Notes: generated by a model from the sequence alone, not told the origin. Counted from the stretch's first letter, positions 11,219 to 25,299 are shown. The stretch: DNA of 64,000 nucleotides from Amoebophrya sp. A120 (GCA_905178155.1 CAJINV010000005.1:4775394-4839393); one strand, 5' to 3'. Program-made: numbers and translations.

Positions 11219-14200
11219 TCACGTCATCTGCCGTCCCTTCGTCTCGGGGATGTTCAGCATGAGTAACCCGCTCATGAAGCTCACTACCACCAGCAACAAG
11301 ATCGTGTTTTCCGTTTTTACATTCGTCGGAAAGTCCGCACTCACCATTTCCGGCAGCTGCGGCGCAAGAAAACTTCCGACCCGGCCGACAAAGTTGCTCA
11401 TGGCGAACGCGGTGCCCCGGATTTTCGACGGGAAGAGCTCTCCGGTGACAATGAAGATCACCCCGAAAATATCCTGTGTAAAAGCGTCCCCACCAAATAG
11501 TTGTCTTGCAGACTTGCAATTACATGAGCATTTGTAATGCGCATCTTCCCCATGAGAGCCATTTCCAAACGTGTTCCGGAACTTGTAATGCTGTAAACAG
11601 GTAAAAAGGAGATGGATTTCCTATGCAGCTTCCCTTGCTAAACAGCACTACACTACAGCCTACAACTTGTCATGCGTAACTCCCAAAGCTTTTGGATTTG
11701 TGTTGCAAAGTGCCCATCTTGACTATGGGGTGGGGAGGTTTTTGCTCAGGATAAAAAGCAGTGGCGTTGGCGATAACGTTGAAGAGGATTAAGGATGTGG
11801 TGGTGATCAACTCCGGGTAGTTGATACTCGAAATCCTTGTCGTGGTTACTCCGCTCATTTCCTCCCTCCCGAGAGAATCAATGGTAAACACAGTCGTGGT
11901 GACCACGGCGTTGTGTCCGCCTCCGCGAGGAGGTTGTTGTGATATTCTCTGCCCGGTAGAAGTAGAAGGCGTGCCTGATCCAGTTGTACTCCTGCCCGCG
12001 CCGTCTACTTCGGTTGTACGATCATGATTTCCACCATCACCGACTAGAAAACCAAGTAAGCCTCCACTACCGTGAAAAATCTCCCCACCGATGTTCACGT
12101 CGATTGCGCACACGTACAAAAGCATGCAGCAGCTGTTCAGCATGTACATGGCGATCATCAGGGTTTTGCGTCCGAAAAAATCTGCTAAAGGGCCGCAACT
12201 CCCGTAGCCGATCAGCTTTCCCAAACCAATCGCCGTGAAGTTCGCGAAGAGGTTGCCGGGGAGGCGGGGCGTCATGAACTGGAAGCTCCAGTTGACCAAA
12301 GCGGTGGTAAGCCAGAGGACGGAAATGACGACGAGCTGTTTCTTTGTATTCGAATCTAAGGTGTTTAAAGTCGTGAGCAGGGACGGAGACGACGCGGCTT
12401 TAATATTTGCGCTGTTCTCATTTTCAACAGGCGCGGAAGCTTCTTGCTGTGGTAGTTCACCAGGTGAACTACTTTCTCTTCCCGATGTCGTTGGCACTAT
12501 TCCTGAGGAGGGACAGGAGGTCGAACTGGTTCGCGGGTGGTCGAGCTGGTGACCTTCTGCCATCTTCACTTGATGTTCCGCTGCAAGAATGACCTCCGCT
12601 TCGAACACGTACCCCGCTGCTGCTATCGTCTCGTCCTTCTGCCCCAACTCGGCAATTACGCGGTCAAAAGGTGCAGCGTCTTGTTGTCGATGTTGGGAAG
12701 ATAGTAGTACCGAACAAGGAATATTAGCTTCATGCGGCACTCGGGACGAAGAAGAAGATGATGATGAACAGAAAGAATTTCTGATCCCATAGTGCTGCAG
12801 CTGCTCGTCCGCAGATGGTGCTAGTGCGCCAACCTTGCTGGACGATGAAGATGAGGCTGACGAACCTGTCCGCGTAGTACCTGTGTACTCCACCGGTGAA
12901 TGGGGCAGTAGAGTCTTCAGTGACTGCCGTGCAGTTCTTGGTGGATCCTGACAGCTAGACGAGGCTGATGTTCCCCCTCCTATCAACGGCTTTTCTTCAC
13001 TGTTTATCCTGGACTTCCTTGGTGCAGCCTGGCTCTTGTGCTCTCCTGGCTCTGGAAGATGGACTTGGTCGAAGCTGCTATTGCTCCTCCCGGATTTGTA
13101 TGCATTGGATGAAGAGTACTATCACAGTACTAGAAGTTGCCCAATTTTTTTTTTTTTCAAATTGAAATATACAATGCAATTTGTAATTCGAAAAACGGGG
13201 TAGGACGCGAGTTCTGTCATACAACGTTGCAACTTGCTCGACAGTGCGATACTTTTTCACCACGGCATACGTTGCCATTCATTCCGTCGTAAGTGCATCC
13301 GCTTGTGGGCGCCGAAGTGGTTTCGGTTTCGCCGCCAGTATTAGCTCCTCCTGGTCCTGTCCTGCTCCGCAACATAATTGGCGCGAGCTGCTCTTCCTTG
13401 TTTAATGTTTCCTCCTGCACGACAAGATCTTGTTTGCGCTCGCTCATGTTCTGAAACTGCCCGGGATCCTCTTTGGTCGAGGTGGTTGCCTCAACAAATG
13501 TTCCCTCCGCAGACGAGGAGGAGGCTGAAGTAGACTTGCTCGCGCTTGCTGCCGTGCTGGGAACATCAACGGCAATCATAGCACCATTCTGCAGACGAGA
13601 TAAGTCTGGATGATCGCACGTACTACTAGAGAAGTCAACAAGTAAATTTTCTCTCAGAGGAGCGGCCTTAGCTTCAGTTCTTCTTGCTGCGCCGATTGGA
13701 GAGGACGATGATGTTGTGCCGCTGGGTTCTTTTGTCTGTTCGCCCCCGTCTGCACGACCTGTCGATCCGATGAAAGTTGACGATCTCGAAGAAGTCTGAG
13801 CAGTAGTACTGTCGAAAGTTGCTGTGCCACAGGAGGGACCGGTCGTCGTAGAGCTGGTCGTGGTCGTGTCAAAAGAATTTCTAGGCTGTGGCAGAGAGTC
13901 AACATCTTCTTCGCCACCTGTAGGACGACCTGCAGATGAGACTCTTTTCGGTCGTTCTCCGCCACTGCCAAGGTCTAATGGTCGTGTTGCACCTGATGTG
14001 GAAGAGCCGGCGACAAGTAGCCCCTGTTCTGGCCGTGTAGAATTACCATTCTTGTTGACGTTTTCGATCTCCAGAAAAACTTTCCTCGCGCTTTTGAACT
14101 CCTTTTTCGTCAAGAAATAGGACGGAGACTCCGGCGTCAAGAAATAAACCGACAAAAACGCCTATCAAATGTAAAAATGTCTGGGTCTGGAGGAGTCGGA

Positions 14201-17200
14201 GCTTGTCTTGCACATTTTGCGTGACCCGTGAGGTCTGTGATGCTGGTGCTAGCATCACTGATTTTTTGAGAGCTTCTTGATGCTAATTACGCATGAGAAA
14301 TGCCCTCTCCGCGTGCCAAAAACTGACTCCTCTTGCTGCTCATGCAACGCAGATATTTTCAGAATCCGCAGACAGCATTACAAGTTCCACTCTTCCAGAC
14401 CCAGACATATTTGCAATGCATAACGCGACGACCCGCCAGCTCGCCAGAAGTAAGAACCAGAATTGCAGCCCGAGCTGACCGTTGTTGTAGAAGTCGGGGG
14501 AGGGTGAAGAACTACTTCTTCTTTCGCCGTGGCCGTGCACAAAGCCGATGTTTCCGTTGCTACTTCCAGAAGATGAATTAGGATGAAAAACCCCGGCGGC
14601 CGCTCCTGGGTGCTTATCGAACAGCTTCAGAAAGGAGTAGAACCACACACAGCAGATGTAATAGTCCGAGTTTTCGCACACAAAAATCAAGCTGCTGGCC
14701 GTGCCCCGCAACTTCCCGTCACAGAGTTCCGACGCGTGCACAAAAGCCACGAGGTAGTGGCCCGGAATCAGTAGACCATAGAAGAAAAGAGTGGTGAGCA
14801 GAATGGTGTACGCAGTTTGGGAATTGAGGGAGAAGAAAACCGTGGATAGTAGTTCTGCTGATGAAGAACTGGTCGAGGATGCTGCGTCGCCTGTTGTTTC
14901 ATCCCTTGATGCACCAGAACCGACATTTCCAGCCGTAGCCCACGACCCTCCACTGGATTTAGTACTTGTGTTGCAGTTCGACACGAGAAGGAGGGAGAAA
15001 ACCAGGACTATGCAGCAGAAGTTCGTCACCAGATTGATCCGCTTTCGCCCATACACATCCGCTAGCGTCGGCAGCAGCAACGCGCCCCACATGAAGCCGA
15101 AAAAGTACGCCTGTCCGAAATATCCTAAACAAAAACACCCCCACCCCCTAGTTGTCATGCAAATTCGCAAGCGTAAAATGTCTCTCATGCGCAGGCCCAT
15201 GACAGCCATTTTCTAATGCTATCTGGGAGTTTGTCATGCTGGGCTCAGGTTAAGGCAGTTAATTTGTCATGCTGCTGCACTAGCTAAACAGGATTACACT
15301 AAGAGCCCAAACTTGTCATGCTCGACAGCCAAAACTAGGGGATTTGTGTTGCAAATTTGCCAACTTGACTATGGGGTTGGGGCACTTTCGCTCAGGATAC
15401 GAAACTCCCCGCCTTCACTTCCGCCTGCGGATCGCATTCCAAGTTGAGGTATCAAATGCAAATATGTCTGGGTCTGGAAATTTGTGATGCAAATCTACGA
15501 ATTGTGGGCGCACTTTACAATACGCAGCCCAGCATGACAAGTTTTTGTTCTGCTGTGTGTTTCGTTTTTCGCATGACAAACTGCGTTTTTGCGTGACAGG
15601 CAAGAGGTGGGCCTTTTCCTGCTCAAGCATCACAGATTTAAGAGTCATGCTCATGCCAGACAAGCATGACAAACTCGCATTCTTCCAGACCCAGACATAT
15701 TATTTGCATTTGATATGAGGAGTTGCAGCCACCCGTAGTTCGAGGTGATGCGGTACTCGATTTCAGGTCTAGTTGTACTCGACGCAAATGGAGCGGCGCT
15801 GCGTGTTGATCCTAATAAACTTTGCTGGTCAAGAGCAGCATCTTCTTCCTCCTCCTCGTGTCCATCGTGTAATTCGTTTATCAATCCGCAGGCCTCCTGG
15901 CGGGAGCACGAATACCAATTCGACTCGTAGAGAAGGTCGTAGTAATATCGCAAGAAAAAAGTGTTACAGTTACACATTGTCATGCAAGACTGGCAACAGA
16001 GACAACCTTTCTCATGCAGGAAATGCTTCGAAGCCTCGTTTCCTTCCTGTTTTCGCTTATGATCTTCGCATTACAAGTTTTCTCTGCCTCATAGAGAAAA
16101 TTTGTGTTGCAGAAACTCCAACAAATGTGTAACTGTAACACTTTTTTCTCGTGATAAGTAATGGCTCGTCTTTAATAATATCTGATCGTCCCTTGATTTA
16201 CTTTCCACCACATCTTCTCTTGCTGAATTCATTGGCGTGTCAACATTGTCGTGTGGTTCTTCAAGCGGTTGTTCCTCGACACCATGCACATAGTCCTCCT
16301 CGTCGTCGTCCGGCTCGCTTTTATCTTCTACCAGCAGGTCGCCCTTCCTTCTCGGAGTCACAGCCCGAGTCAGCTGTCGCTCTTGTTGCTCAAAGCCCCG
16401 AGGACCCCGGGATGCTCCTCCTGTCGAATAAATCATGCCCGTAGAGGCCGCGGCTGCAGTTGATGAGATCATTCTCGTGTTTGTTACTTTACTTCCCACA
16501 GAAGACGAGACCGAGGACGAAGCTGCAAGTGTTGGCCCATTTCGGGAGGAACTCAGCCTTCGGTCCTCGCTCTCCTTCTCCGCGCCGGGAGTGGCTGAGA
16601 GCGTTGTGTAGTAGGGAAAAGAGGAAGATAAGGACGATCCGATCACTTTTGAGTAATCGACAAGATCGGCAAAGTACAGCCCGTTTTGGTCTTGTTCAGG
16701 TACTTCGTCATTCTCATTGTCCGATGCGCTCTCAGAAGCATCAACATCATCCAACTGCAAGTCCTGAAGTTTATTGTTGTAGTTCAACCTAGAACTTCTT
16801 GCGGTGGACGCGGCGGTAGAAGTCCTGCTGTTCTTCAGAAGTGCTGCTGCTTTGCCGTTATTTCCGTTGCTGCTGCTGTGCTGTGCCAGGCTGTGGTCCT
16901 TGTCATTGAAGAAGATCCACATCTTCTTCGCGTTGGTTGAGAGCCGCTGGGTATTTTTGCTGTCTACTTTATTATCCGGAGGTGGCCGCGATAAAGCAAG
17001 GTCCTGCTCAACGTTTAGAAGCGCTGTGGACGTCAGAGGCCCTGCCACATTTTCACGCTTGGTGCTTCTAGACGACGAAATAATGGCCCGACGAAGGGAT
17101 GGGGAGGGAAAAGGACTTCGCATCCCATGTCTTGAGGTCGCTGCCCACACAATATTACGGGACCCGCCCCCTGCAGCTCCTGGGATTGCTTTTGCTCTAG

Positions 17201-18497
17201 CACCAGTTTCCTCTCTCGACGCAGCCGATGCAGTTCCGGGGGCCGGCGACTGCGTCAGCGGCGATGGCAACCTAGTACTCGCTTCGGACGAGCTCCGAGA
17301 GGTCTTGCTCGAAACAGGGACGCCTGTGCTCAGTTCGCTTAATGTTCTTGTTTCCGTTGCATCTTCTTGATATTCTCCAGAGGTGGGCAATCTTAGTTCT
17401 CCGAGATTTTTCATTTCGACAGAAGACGCTGCAATAGGGCGGCTATGAGAACTTGTTTTCACCTTCGTCCTCGGGGACACCTCGGGTGCTAGCTGTAGCT
17501 CTCGTCCCGACGGCGCTTGACCAGCTGGTGCTGGCGCAGAAGAAGTTTTACTAGAAGTTGTGGGCTTCGACGGGATAGAGGTGGCCAGAATCCTTCGCAG
17601 TTCCTCTTCTTTACGCTTCGAAGCAGCTGACTTTGATAGAGAGTCCAGGCCTGCTGTCTGGCCGCTGTGCTGTGCATCTCCTGCAGCAGTAGACATAATC
17701 GCGGAGGCAGAGGCAGAATCGCCTGGGGGCATGAAAAAAGCACTTCCACTAGCGCTTGTTCCCGATGCGGAACTTGCTGGCGAGGAAATTTCGGCTGAAC
17801 TTGCAATGCCACTGAGAACGGAGCCTGCTGTTCTACTTGAAGACGTTTCTTTACTCGGATTTCGCTCATCTTCTGCAGCACCAGCAGCAGCAGTAGTACC
17901 AGAACTCCTGACCAACAGTAGAGGTTCTTCGACATCGTCGTCACGCGCCTGATTCCCATCATGTTCCTGGTTCCTCGTCCTGGCGTTCGAATTTATTTCT
18001 ACTGCCGGTGGAGGGTCTTTCGGCTTGAGCCTTGCCCTCTTAGAACTTGTACTTCGACTGGCATGCACTCGGAAAACCTTCTTTCGGCATTCAAAGGACG
18101 GGACGGCGGCGATGAAGGTAAAGGAATAGACCACCATAGAAACCGCCATGTAGGTGATTCCAAGCGGCAGTATCACTCGCCAGTATTGAAACCTCGCATT
18201 GCCACCGTTCGCTTTCTCCAACGCAGCCTCGGCAGTGGGAAGGATTTCAATAGCCAGCATCTTGTTCATCGCGGAGGTTGTTGTAGCTTCTTGGTGCGAG
18301 GTAGATCGTCGAGCAAATGATTGGACGGCGGCCCTGGTAGGGCTTGTTGTCATGCTGGAATTATTGTCCTCGTGCGAGGAGAGCGGTACTGCATGGGAAG
18401 AATTAGGCCACGACGCGTCGATCGTCCCGTCCGGTGCCGAAGTGCTCGCCCGTGGGCGAGACGGCGAGGACGGGCTACAAGAGCTGGTGGCAGACAT
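11219..18497 (-). CDS. MFS transporter, SLC22/organic cation transporter-like, with greatly expanded loops
   Basis: Motifs after splicing: LEKANGGNARFQ, LNLEC, LADVYGRK, PESP, LADFFGRK, GELFPSKIRG and C-terminal PETKG. Interrupted by 6 TIR-type introns. Confidence 0.9.
11470..11753. mobile_element. Introner family C
   Basis: Family C TIRs; TSD GAAAA/AAAAG; restores ATAF|GVIFIVTGELFP. Confidence 0.85.
13120..13269. mobile_element. Decayed family D-like element, now readable as GT-AG intron 13119-13270
   Basis: TAT...ATA, 150 bp, with a D-like right end; minus strand reads AAC|GTATG...GATAG|TAC in frame; TSD lost. Confidence 0.6.
14163..14422. mobile_element. Introner family A
   Basis: TSD ACGCC/ACGCG; restores VVA|FLSVYFLTPESP. 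Confidence 0.9.
15121..15399. mobile_element. Introner family C
   Basis: TSD CGAAA/CGAAA; restores GSF|GQAYFFG. Confidence 0.9.
15450..15715. mobile_element. Introner family A
   Basis: TSD TGAGG/TGAGG; restores LQLL|NLECD. Confidence 0.9.
15946..16156. mobile_element. Introner family F
   Basis: TIR TATC.C.AGAAAAAAGTGTTACAGTTACACA; TSD AGTAA/AGTAA; restores SHY|YDLL. Confidence 0.92.
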
Positions 18498-19174
18498 AGG
18501 CTTCGACTTTGTCGTCGTCGCCGTCGTTCGTCGTGTGGTAGAGGTAGTGGTCCCTGCTTATTTCTCGCGAAGAAAGATAGGCTCTCCTGTTCTGCGCTTG
18601 TCCCCAGAAGAACGCGGCCCCTAGAAATTAATAGGGCGAGGACAAGGTAGGTACTGCTCGGTGCTCGTTTTCTCCGTCGGTTCCGACGTTCAGAATCCAG
18701 CCTACATTTGTTCAATTCGTCGGCTTTTGAACCTAACCTATCATCTTCACAATCACGTAGGGCCTATTTTTACAATGTTTTTTGCCTTCATCAATCTTGA
18801 AAAGTTGCACCAAGTTCGTGGTGCAGGAAATAGATCGATATTGATCGTGAAAATTAACACCTTTATTCATATTGAGGTGATGAACCACACGGACTTGCTT
18901 CAGGAAACACCATCTTCGCACGAAGTCAACATTCTTCAATATTAATTGGCCGCGAAACTAGATCGACTGCCCGAGGTGGACATCATCTTCAAAGATGAAA
19001 CGTTATTCACCAGCACCAAAAAGGGCGGAACAAACGCAGCGCAACAGAGCAGTGCTCATGCTCAGACTACTGTAGACGTGAACAACATCAAACGCGCGAT
19101 CTCGCACTTTCCACAAGTCGCTTCGAGCAGGGTTTCTTTTCGGATCTTATGCGCATCAAAAGAGTACGTAGCAC

Positions 19175-22100
19175 CATCGTGGAAAGTGCGTCCCAAGCGC
19201 AAAACTTGAGCTTATAGTGGTTCCGATTATTTTTCTCCGACCCCAGGAGACAAAAAGCCCTTGAAGAGCAGAAGCCGCTCCGGTTTTGCATCGACATGTC
19301 CTACCCGTCTGTGCATTCGAAGAAAGAAACTTGCCTTCCGAGAGGCAAAAACACCACAAAAAAAAGTCGGCACTTTCACCGTGGAAAGTGCGTCCTAAGC
19401 GCAAAATTTGCGCTTCTAGCACTTCCGACTATTTTTCTCCAACCCCAGGAGGCAAAAAGACCTTGAAGAGCAGAGACCGCTCCTGTTTGGCATTGAAATG
19501 TCCTACCCGTCTGTGCATTTCAAGAAAGAAACTTGCCTTCCAAGAGGCCAAAACGGAACAAAAAAAAGTCGGCACTCCCGCCGTGAATAGTGCGTCCTAA
19601 GCACAAAATTTGCGCTTCTAGCGGCTCCGACTATTTTTCTCCAACCCCAGGAGACAAAAAACCCTTGAGGAGCAGAAGCCGCTCCTGTTTGGCGTTGACA
19701 TGTCCTACCCGTCTGTGCATTTCAAGAAAGAAACTTGCCTTCCGAGAGGCCAAAACGGCACAAAAAAAAGTCGGCACTCCCACCGTGGAAAGTGCGTCCT
19801 AAGCGCAACATTTGCGCTTCTAGCGGTCCCGACTATTTTTCTCCAACTCCAGGAGAAAAAAAGCCCTTGAAGAGCAGAGACCGCTCCTGTTTGGCGTTGA
19901 CATGTCCTACCCGTCTGTGCATTTCAAGAAAGAAACTTTCCTTCCAAGAGAACAAAACGGCACAAAAAAAAGTCGGCACTCCCACCGCGGAAAGTGCGTC
20001 CTAAGCGCAAAGTTTGCGCTTCTAGCGGTCCCGACTATTTTTCTCCAACCCCAGGAGACAAAAAGCCCTTGAAGAGAACAAGCCGCTCCTGTTTGGCGTT
20101 GACATGTCCTACCCGTCTGTGCATTTCAAGAAAGAAACTTGCCTTCCGAGAGGCAAAAACGGCACAAAAAAAAGTTGGCACTCCCACCGTGGAAAGTGCG
20201 TCCTAAGCGCAAACTTTGCGCTTCTAGCGGTCCCGACTATTTTTCTCCAACCCCAGGAGACAAAAAGCCCTTGAAGAGCAGAGGCCGCTCCTGTTTGGCG
20301 TTGACATGTCCTACCCGTCTGTGCATTTCAAGAAGGAAACTTGCCTTCCGAGAGGCCAAAACGGCACAAAAAAAAGTCGGCACTCCCACCGTGGAACGTG
20401 CGTCCTAAGCGCAAAGTTTGCGCTTCTAGCGGTCCCGACTATTTTTCTCCATCCCCAGGTGACAAAAAGCCCTTGAAGAGCAGACGCCGCTCCTGTTTGG
20501 CGTTGACATGTCCTACCCGTCTGTGCATTTCAAGGAAGAAACTTGCCTTCCGAGAGGCAAAAACGGCACAAAAAAAAGTCGGCACTCCCACCGTGGAAAG
20601 TGCGTCCTAAGCGCAAAATTTGCGCTTCTAGCGCTTCCGACTATTTTTCTCCAACCCCAGGAGACAAAAAGCCCTTGAAGGGCAGAAACCGCTCCTGTCT
20701 GGCGTTGACATGTCCTACCCGTCTGCGCATTTCAAGAAAGAAACTTGCCTTCCGAGAGGCAAAAACGACACAAAAAAAGTCGGCACTGCCACCGTGGAAA
20801 GTGCGTCCTAAGCGCAAAATTTGCGCTTCTAGCGGGTCCGACTATTTTTCTCCAGCCCCAAGAGACAAAAAGCCCCTGAAGAGCAGAAGCCGCTCCTGTT
20901 TGGCCTTGACATGTCCTACCCGTCTATCCATTCGAAGAAAGAAACCTGCCTTCCGAGAGGCCAAAACGGCACAAAAAAAAGTCGGCACTCCCACCGTGGA
21001 AAGTGCGTCCTAAGCGCAAAATTTGTGCTTCTAGCGGTCCCGACTATTTTTCTCCAACCCCAGGAGACAAAAAGCCCTTGAAGAGCAGAAGCCGCTCCTG
21101 TTTGGCGTTGACATGTCCTACCCGTCTGTGCATTTCAAGAAGGAAACTTGCCTTCCGAGAGGCCAAAACGGCACAAAAAAAAGTCGGCACTCCCACCGTG
21201 GAACGTGCGTCCTAAGCGCAAAGTTTGCGCTTCTAGCGGTCCTGACTATTTTTCTCCATCCCCAGGTGACAAAAAGATCTTGAAAGGCAGAAACCACTCC
21301 TGTTTGGCATTGACATGCCCTACCCGTCTATCCATTCGAAGAAAGAAACCTGCCCTCCGAGAGGCAAAAACGGCACAAAAAAAAGTCGGCTCTCCCGCCG
21401 TGGAAAGTGCATCCTAAGCGCAAAGTTTGCGCTTCTAGCGGTCCCGACTATTTTTCTCCAACCCCAGGAGACAAAAAGCCCCTGAAGAGCAGAAGCCGCT
21501 CCTGTTTGGCGTTGACATGTCCTACCCGTCTGTGCATTTCAAGAAAGAAACTTGCCTTCCAAGAGGCAAAAACGGCACAAAAAAAAGTCGGCACTCCCAC
21601 CGTGGAACGTGCGTCCTAAGCACAAAATTTGCGCTTCTAGTGGGTCCGACTATTTTTCTCCATCCCCAGGAGACAAAAAACCCTTGAAGAGCAGAAACCG
21701 CTCCTGCTTGGCGTTGACATGTCCTACCCGTCTATCCATTCGAAGAAAGAAACCTGCCCTCCGAGAGGCAAAAACGGCACAAAAAAAAGTCGGCACTCCC
21801 GCCGTGGAAAGTGCGTCCTAAGCGCAAAATTTGCGCTTCTAGCGGACCCGACTATTTTTCTCCAACCCCAGGAGACAAAAAGTCCTTGAAGAGCAGAAAC
21901 CGCTCCTGTTTGGCGTTGACATGTCCTACCCGTCTGTGCATTTGACGAAAGAAACTTGCCTTCCGAGAGGCAAAGACGCCAGGAAAAAAGTCTGTAGTGA
22001 CATCGTGAAAAGAGCGTCCTAAGCGCAAAATTTGTGGTTGTGACGCCTGCGACTATTTTCGTCACCCCCAGAAGACAAAAAGCCCTTGAAGAGCAGAAAC

Positions 22101-22195
22101 CACTCCTGTTTCGCTTTGACATTTCCTGCCCGTCTGTGCATTTGAAGGAAGAAACTTGCCTTCCGAGGGGCAAAAACACCAAAAAAAAGTCTGTA
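19175..22195. repeat. About 202-bp intergenic satellite, about 15 copies
   Basis: Unit CCGTGGAAAGTGCGTCCTAAGCGCAAA...; repeated ORF starts at 20139, 20341 and 20543 give the 202-bp period; the terminal copies are the most diverged. Confidence 0.95.
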
Positions 22196-22600
22196 GGATT
22201 GGACCGAAATCCGATCTGTGTGGAAACTGTGAAGAGAACCAAAAGTTGTGCTGGCTCAGATTCAGGTGAACGACGGTGCCGATGGATTCAAAAAAAAAAA
22301 GAGTGACGAAATTTTTGGAAAGTAGTTGCCTCTTCTTTCGCAATTATGAGGAAGAACTAGAAATGAATTTCTATCTGCAGATGTAGATCGCATCTCCTTT
22401 ATTACACAGCGCGGAGGACGCAGACGATGACGAGAAAGCTAAAAGCATTCTTGCAGAACATCATTATACTTTGCACCGTCGCACAAGCATTGCTGTGCAG
22501 CTCCTTCGGTCTAATTCCTGCGTATTGGAATAAAGTTTTTCTTTTGCGTTCACACAAAACCAATCTTCAACAGCGAGCATTCGCATTGAAGACTTTTTTA

Positions 22601-24876
22601 TCATTTGTTCGTTTTTTCATGTAGCATGGTTAATTTTTCTCGTATTCTTGTCTCGGAAGCGGTGACCTCGAGGTCCAGAATCTTTTACTATGGGAGTGCA
22701 CAACTCCCTCTCCCCCTCATTTGTAATGCAAGAATGCCAAATCCAAGTGCTTCCCTGTGACACTGTTCTTTGCATGACAGATTCCGGAAGCCCAGACAGT
22801 ACTACACTAGGCGCATGAATTTGTCATGCACAGGCTCCACGTGTGCTGGTGTTTGTATTGCTGTTCATGCAATACAAATGAGGGGGCGGGGGAGTTGTGC
22901 ACTCTCATATTTGCAGCTCCGGTGGTATTGGCTCGTCGTCTTGCGGTATGGGGAGGAAAACCAAAACGAAAGTCTCTTTATTGATGCTTGTGACATTTTT
23001 CTACCTTGCTTGACCATGTGATGCCGCGAAGGTGAGCACGAGAAGAACAAAACTCTTATGCAGTTTGGCATGACAAATCGTCCACAAATGCAAAAAAAGA
23101 ACAACTTATCGTCGGTTTCTGTTTCATATCTACTGGCGCTCCTTGATCCCCGGTCTGCCCCTCGGGCGGCCCTGTGCTTCCAGCTTCGCCGGCAGCGCCT
23201 GTGTAGTTATTCGTGTTGTATTCGTAGCTCTTGCATCACAAATTGAAATTCCTTCTCCTGAAATACATAGGTACTACTTCTACACAAGTTGTCATGCAAA
23301 ACCGCATGGAAAAATCTTTGTGTCATGCACACATTCCAAGACAACAACCACGACCGATAGAAATCTTTATACCTGCATTCTCTGCAGCCTGTTGCTCCTG
23401 CAACGCTTTCTCTTTTTCGGTTATGTTCTATCACAGGAAAAAACTGTTTCACTGTGGTGATTTTCTGCATCACAAGTTTGACACACATGACACTGAAAAT
23501 CTGCCATGCGCGCTTCCCAAGGGAAAACACGCTTGAAAATCCAATGTCTTGCAGGTGTAGCAAGACGAATAGTTCTGTGTTCCATTTTCTGCACGACAAG
23601 TTCACAGTGAACCAGTTTTTTCTTCCGATATGTTCTCCGCGCCGACAAGCGTTGGGGGTGGGAACGACGGTTCCTCGAGAGCGACTTCGCACTGTTTTAC
23701 AAGTATTTATTGTCCCCGTCGCACGCCGCACTGCGAGAAACCACACGACTGAACTGCCGTCTGTCATGCGCAATGTTTATGCAACAACAAAAAAACTTTA
23801 ATGGACAATCTATCCGGAACGATGGAGCAGCATTCATTTTAGTACCATGAATCTCCTGGCGGGCTTCTGTACGAAGTCGAGGCACATGTGTCAACTGTAA
23901 AAATGTCTGGGTCTGGAAGAATCCAACTTGTCATGCTGATTTTGGATTCTAAAAAAATCTGTATTGCATGAGCAGCAAAGAGAGTCCAAGCTTTGCTACA
24001 CGGAAAGAGCATTTGTCATGCGGTATAGGCATCAGGAAGCCCTCAGAAAATCTGTGATGCTAGGGCATGCATCATAGACATCAGGAGTCATGCAAAATGT
24101 GCATGACAAACCTGGCAATCTTCCAGACCCAGACACTTTTACATTTGATAACATGCGGTAGAGCACGAAATGCTTGAAAAACGTGCCCACCGCGTAATCT
24201 ACCATGAGTTTGCACTCTGCTGGGGAAAAGTACCTTTGAGTGCGTTGTGTACTATGTTTTACATTCGTTCCCGCATGAAAGAGGGCTTTTTTCATGGCAG
24301 AAGCGAATACAACACGACATGATACCAATCGCAACCGAAAGTAGACCATTATCTGTCATGCAGAATTCCATATGCATTATCAAACCAGCATGTTTATACC
24401 CTGCGTGTTTGTGCGCTTTTATCCCGTCGCTGAACCGTTTAAAGAGCAGATCGAAGGTCGTATCCCGCTCTGTTATTGACAGTGCGCAGGATTCCAGAAG
24501 TGTGCAAAAAATCGCCGTGCCCTTCGTGTTCAAGACGATGCTGCGGCAGTGCATCAAGTTGTAAAAGGCGAAGTCGCACAGTATTTCGTCGCGGAACTGC
24601 AACGCGTTTAGCTGCTTGAGCTCAAGAATACCTGGGTCGTGTTTGTCGTTCGATTGTTGTTTGAAATGGGGAATTTGTCATGCGAACAAGGACATCAGAA
24701 AGGCCTTTTGTCATGCATATTAAGTAAGATCAACATCCAAAAAAAAACATCAACATACTTGCTTCCGACGGGCTTTTGTTCCATTCTGAGACCCACTCTT
24801 CTGTGTACGTGAGGACCAATCCGGTTTCTGGTATGACATTTTCGTCCGCCGCGGGGGGCTCTTCCTCCTCGGCCAT
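22601..24876 (-). CDS. CFAP119: CFAP119/C1a-32 (CLAMP-domain) flagellar central-pair protein-like
   Basis: FRDEILCDFAFYNL...FSPAECKLMVDYAVGTFFKHFVLYRM...EEPSFPPPTL matches the remembered family pattern. The spliced model ends ...LHEKTNK*. The junction near 22960-23110 is unresolved. Confidence 0.7.
22689..22909. mobile_element. Introner family H
   Basis: TIR TATG.GAGTGCACAACTCCC; TSD TTTAC/TTTGC; restores PELQ|KILD. Confidence 0.88.
23429..23630. mobile_element. Introner family G (F-like)
   Basis: TIR core AAAAAACTG.TTCACTGTG; TSD TGTTC/TGTTC; restores AEN|ITEK. Confidence 0.88.
23889..24150. mobile_element. Introner family A (orientation opposite to 1868)
   Basis: TSD ACATG/ACATG; left terminus TGT; restores LYRM|CLDF. 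Confidence 0.9.
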
Positions 24877-25299
24877 GATGGTATTTTCCGCTTGTCGTGG
24901 TGCTACGAGTAGTCACTGCGCTTTTGTTGTCTTTGTGCCTGCTTTTCTAACAGCGAGCGACTTCCTGAAATTTACAAGCTGGACAACGCTCAATCTTCTT
25001 GTTATAGACGACGATACGATAGATTAAATTCCTGCTCTCGACGCAAGTAGCAAGTGACCCGACCAAGCAGTGGCGGTTCTCGATTCTCTCTCGCAACAAG
25101 CTGTACAGGCGATATTTTTCACGAGGATTATCAACAAATCACCTCTAGCTGTGCCCTCTGCACTGTAATTCAGCTGCGCTCGTCGGCATGATGGATGTTG
25201 CACAAACACAGTTTCGTCCGTCGCATCAAGGCGTGGCGCCTGTGGTTGCAATTGGAAATGGGTGACGATGCTCAACAAAACACTGATCCGGATGCAGTG

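Noticed and set aside
19175-22195. Repeated 70-89 aa ORFs, or a CRISPR-like array
   Set aside because: Whole units repeat with no unique spacers, there are no cas genes and the context is eukaryotic. The same applies to 55400-57020.
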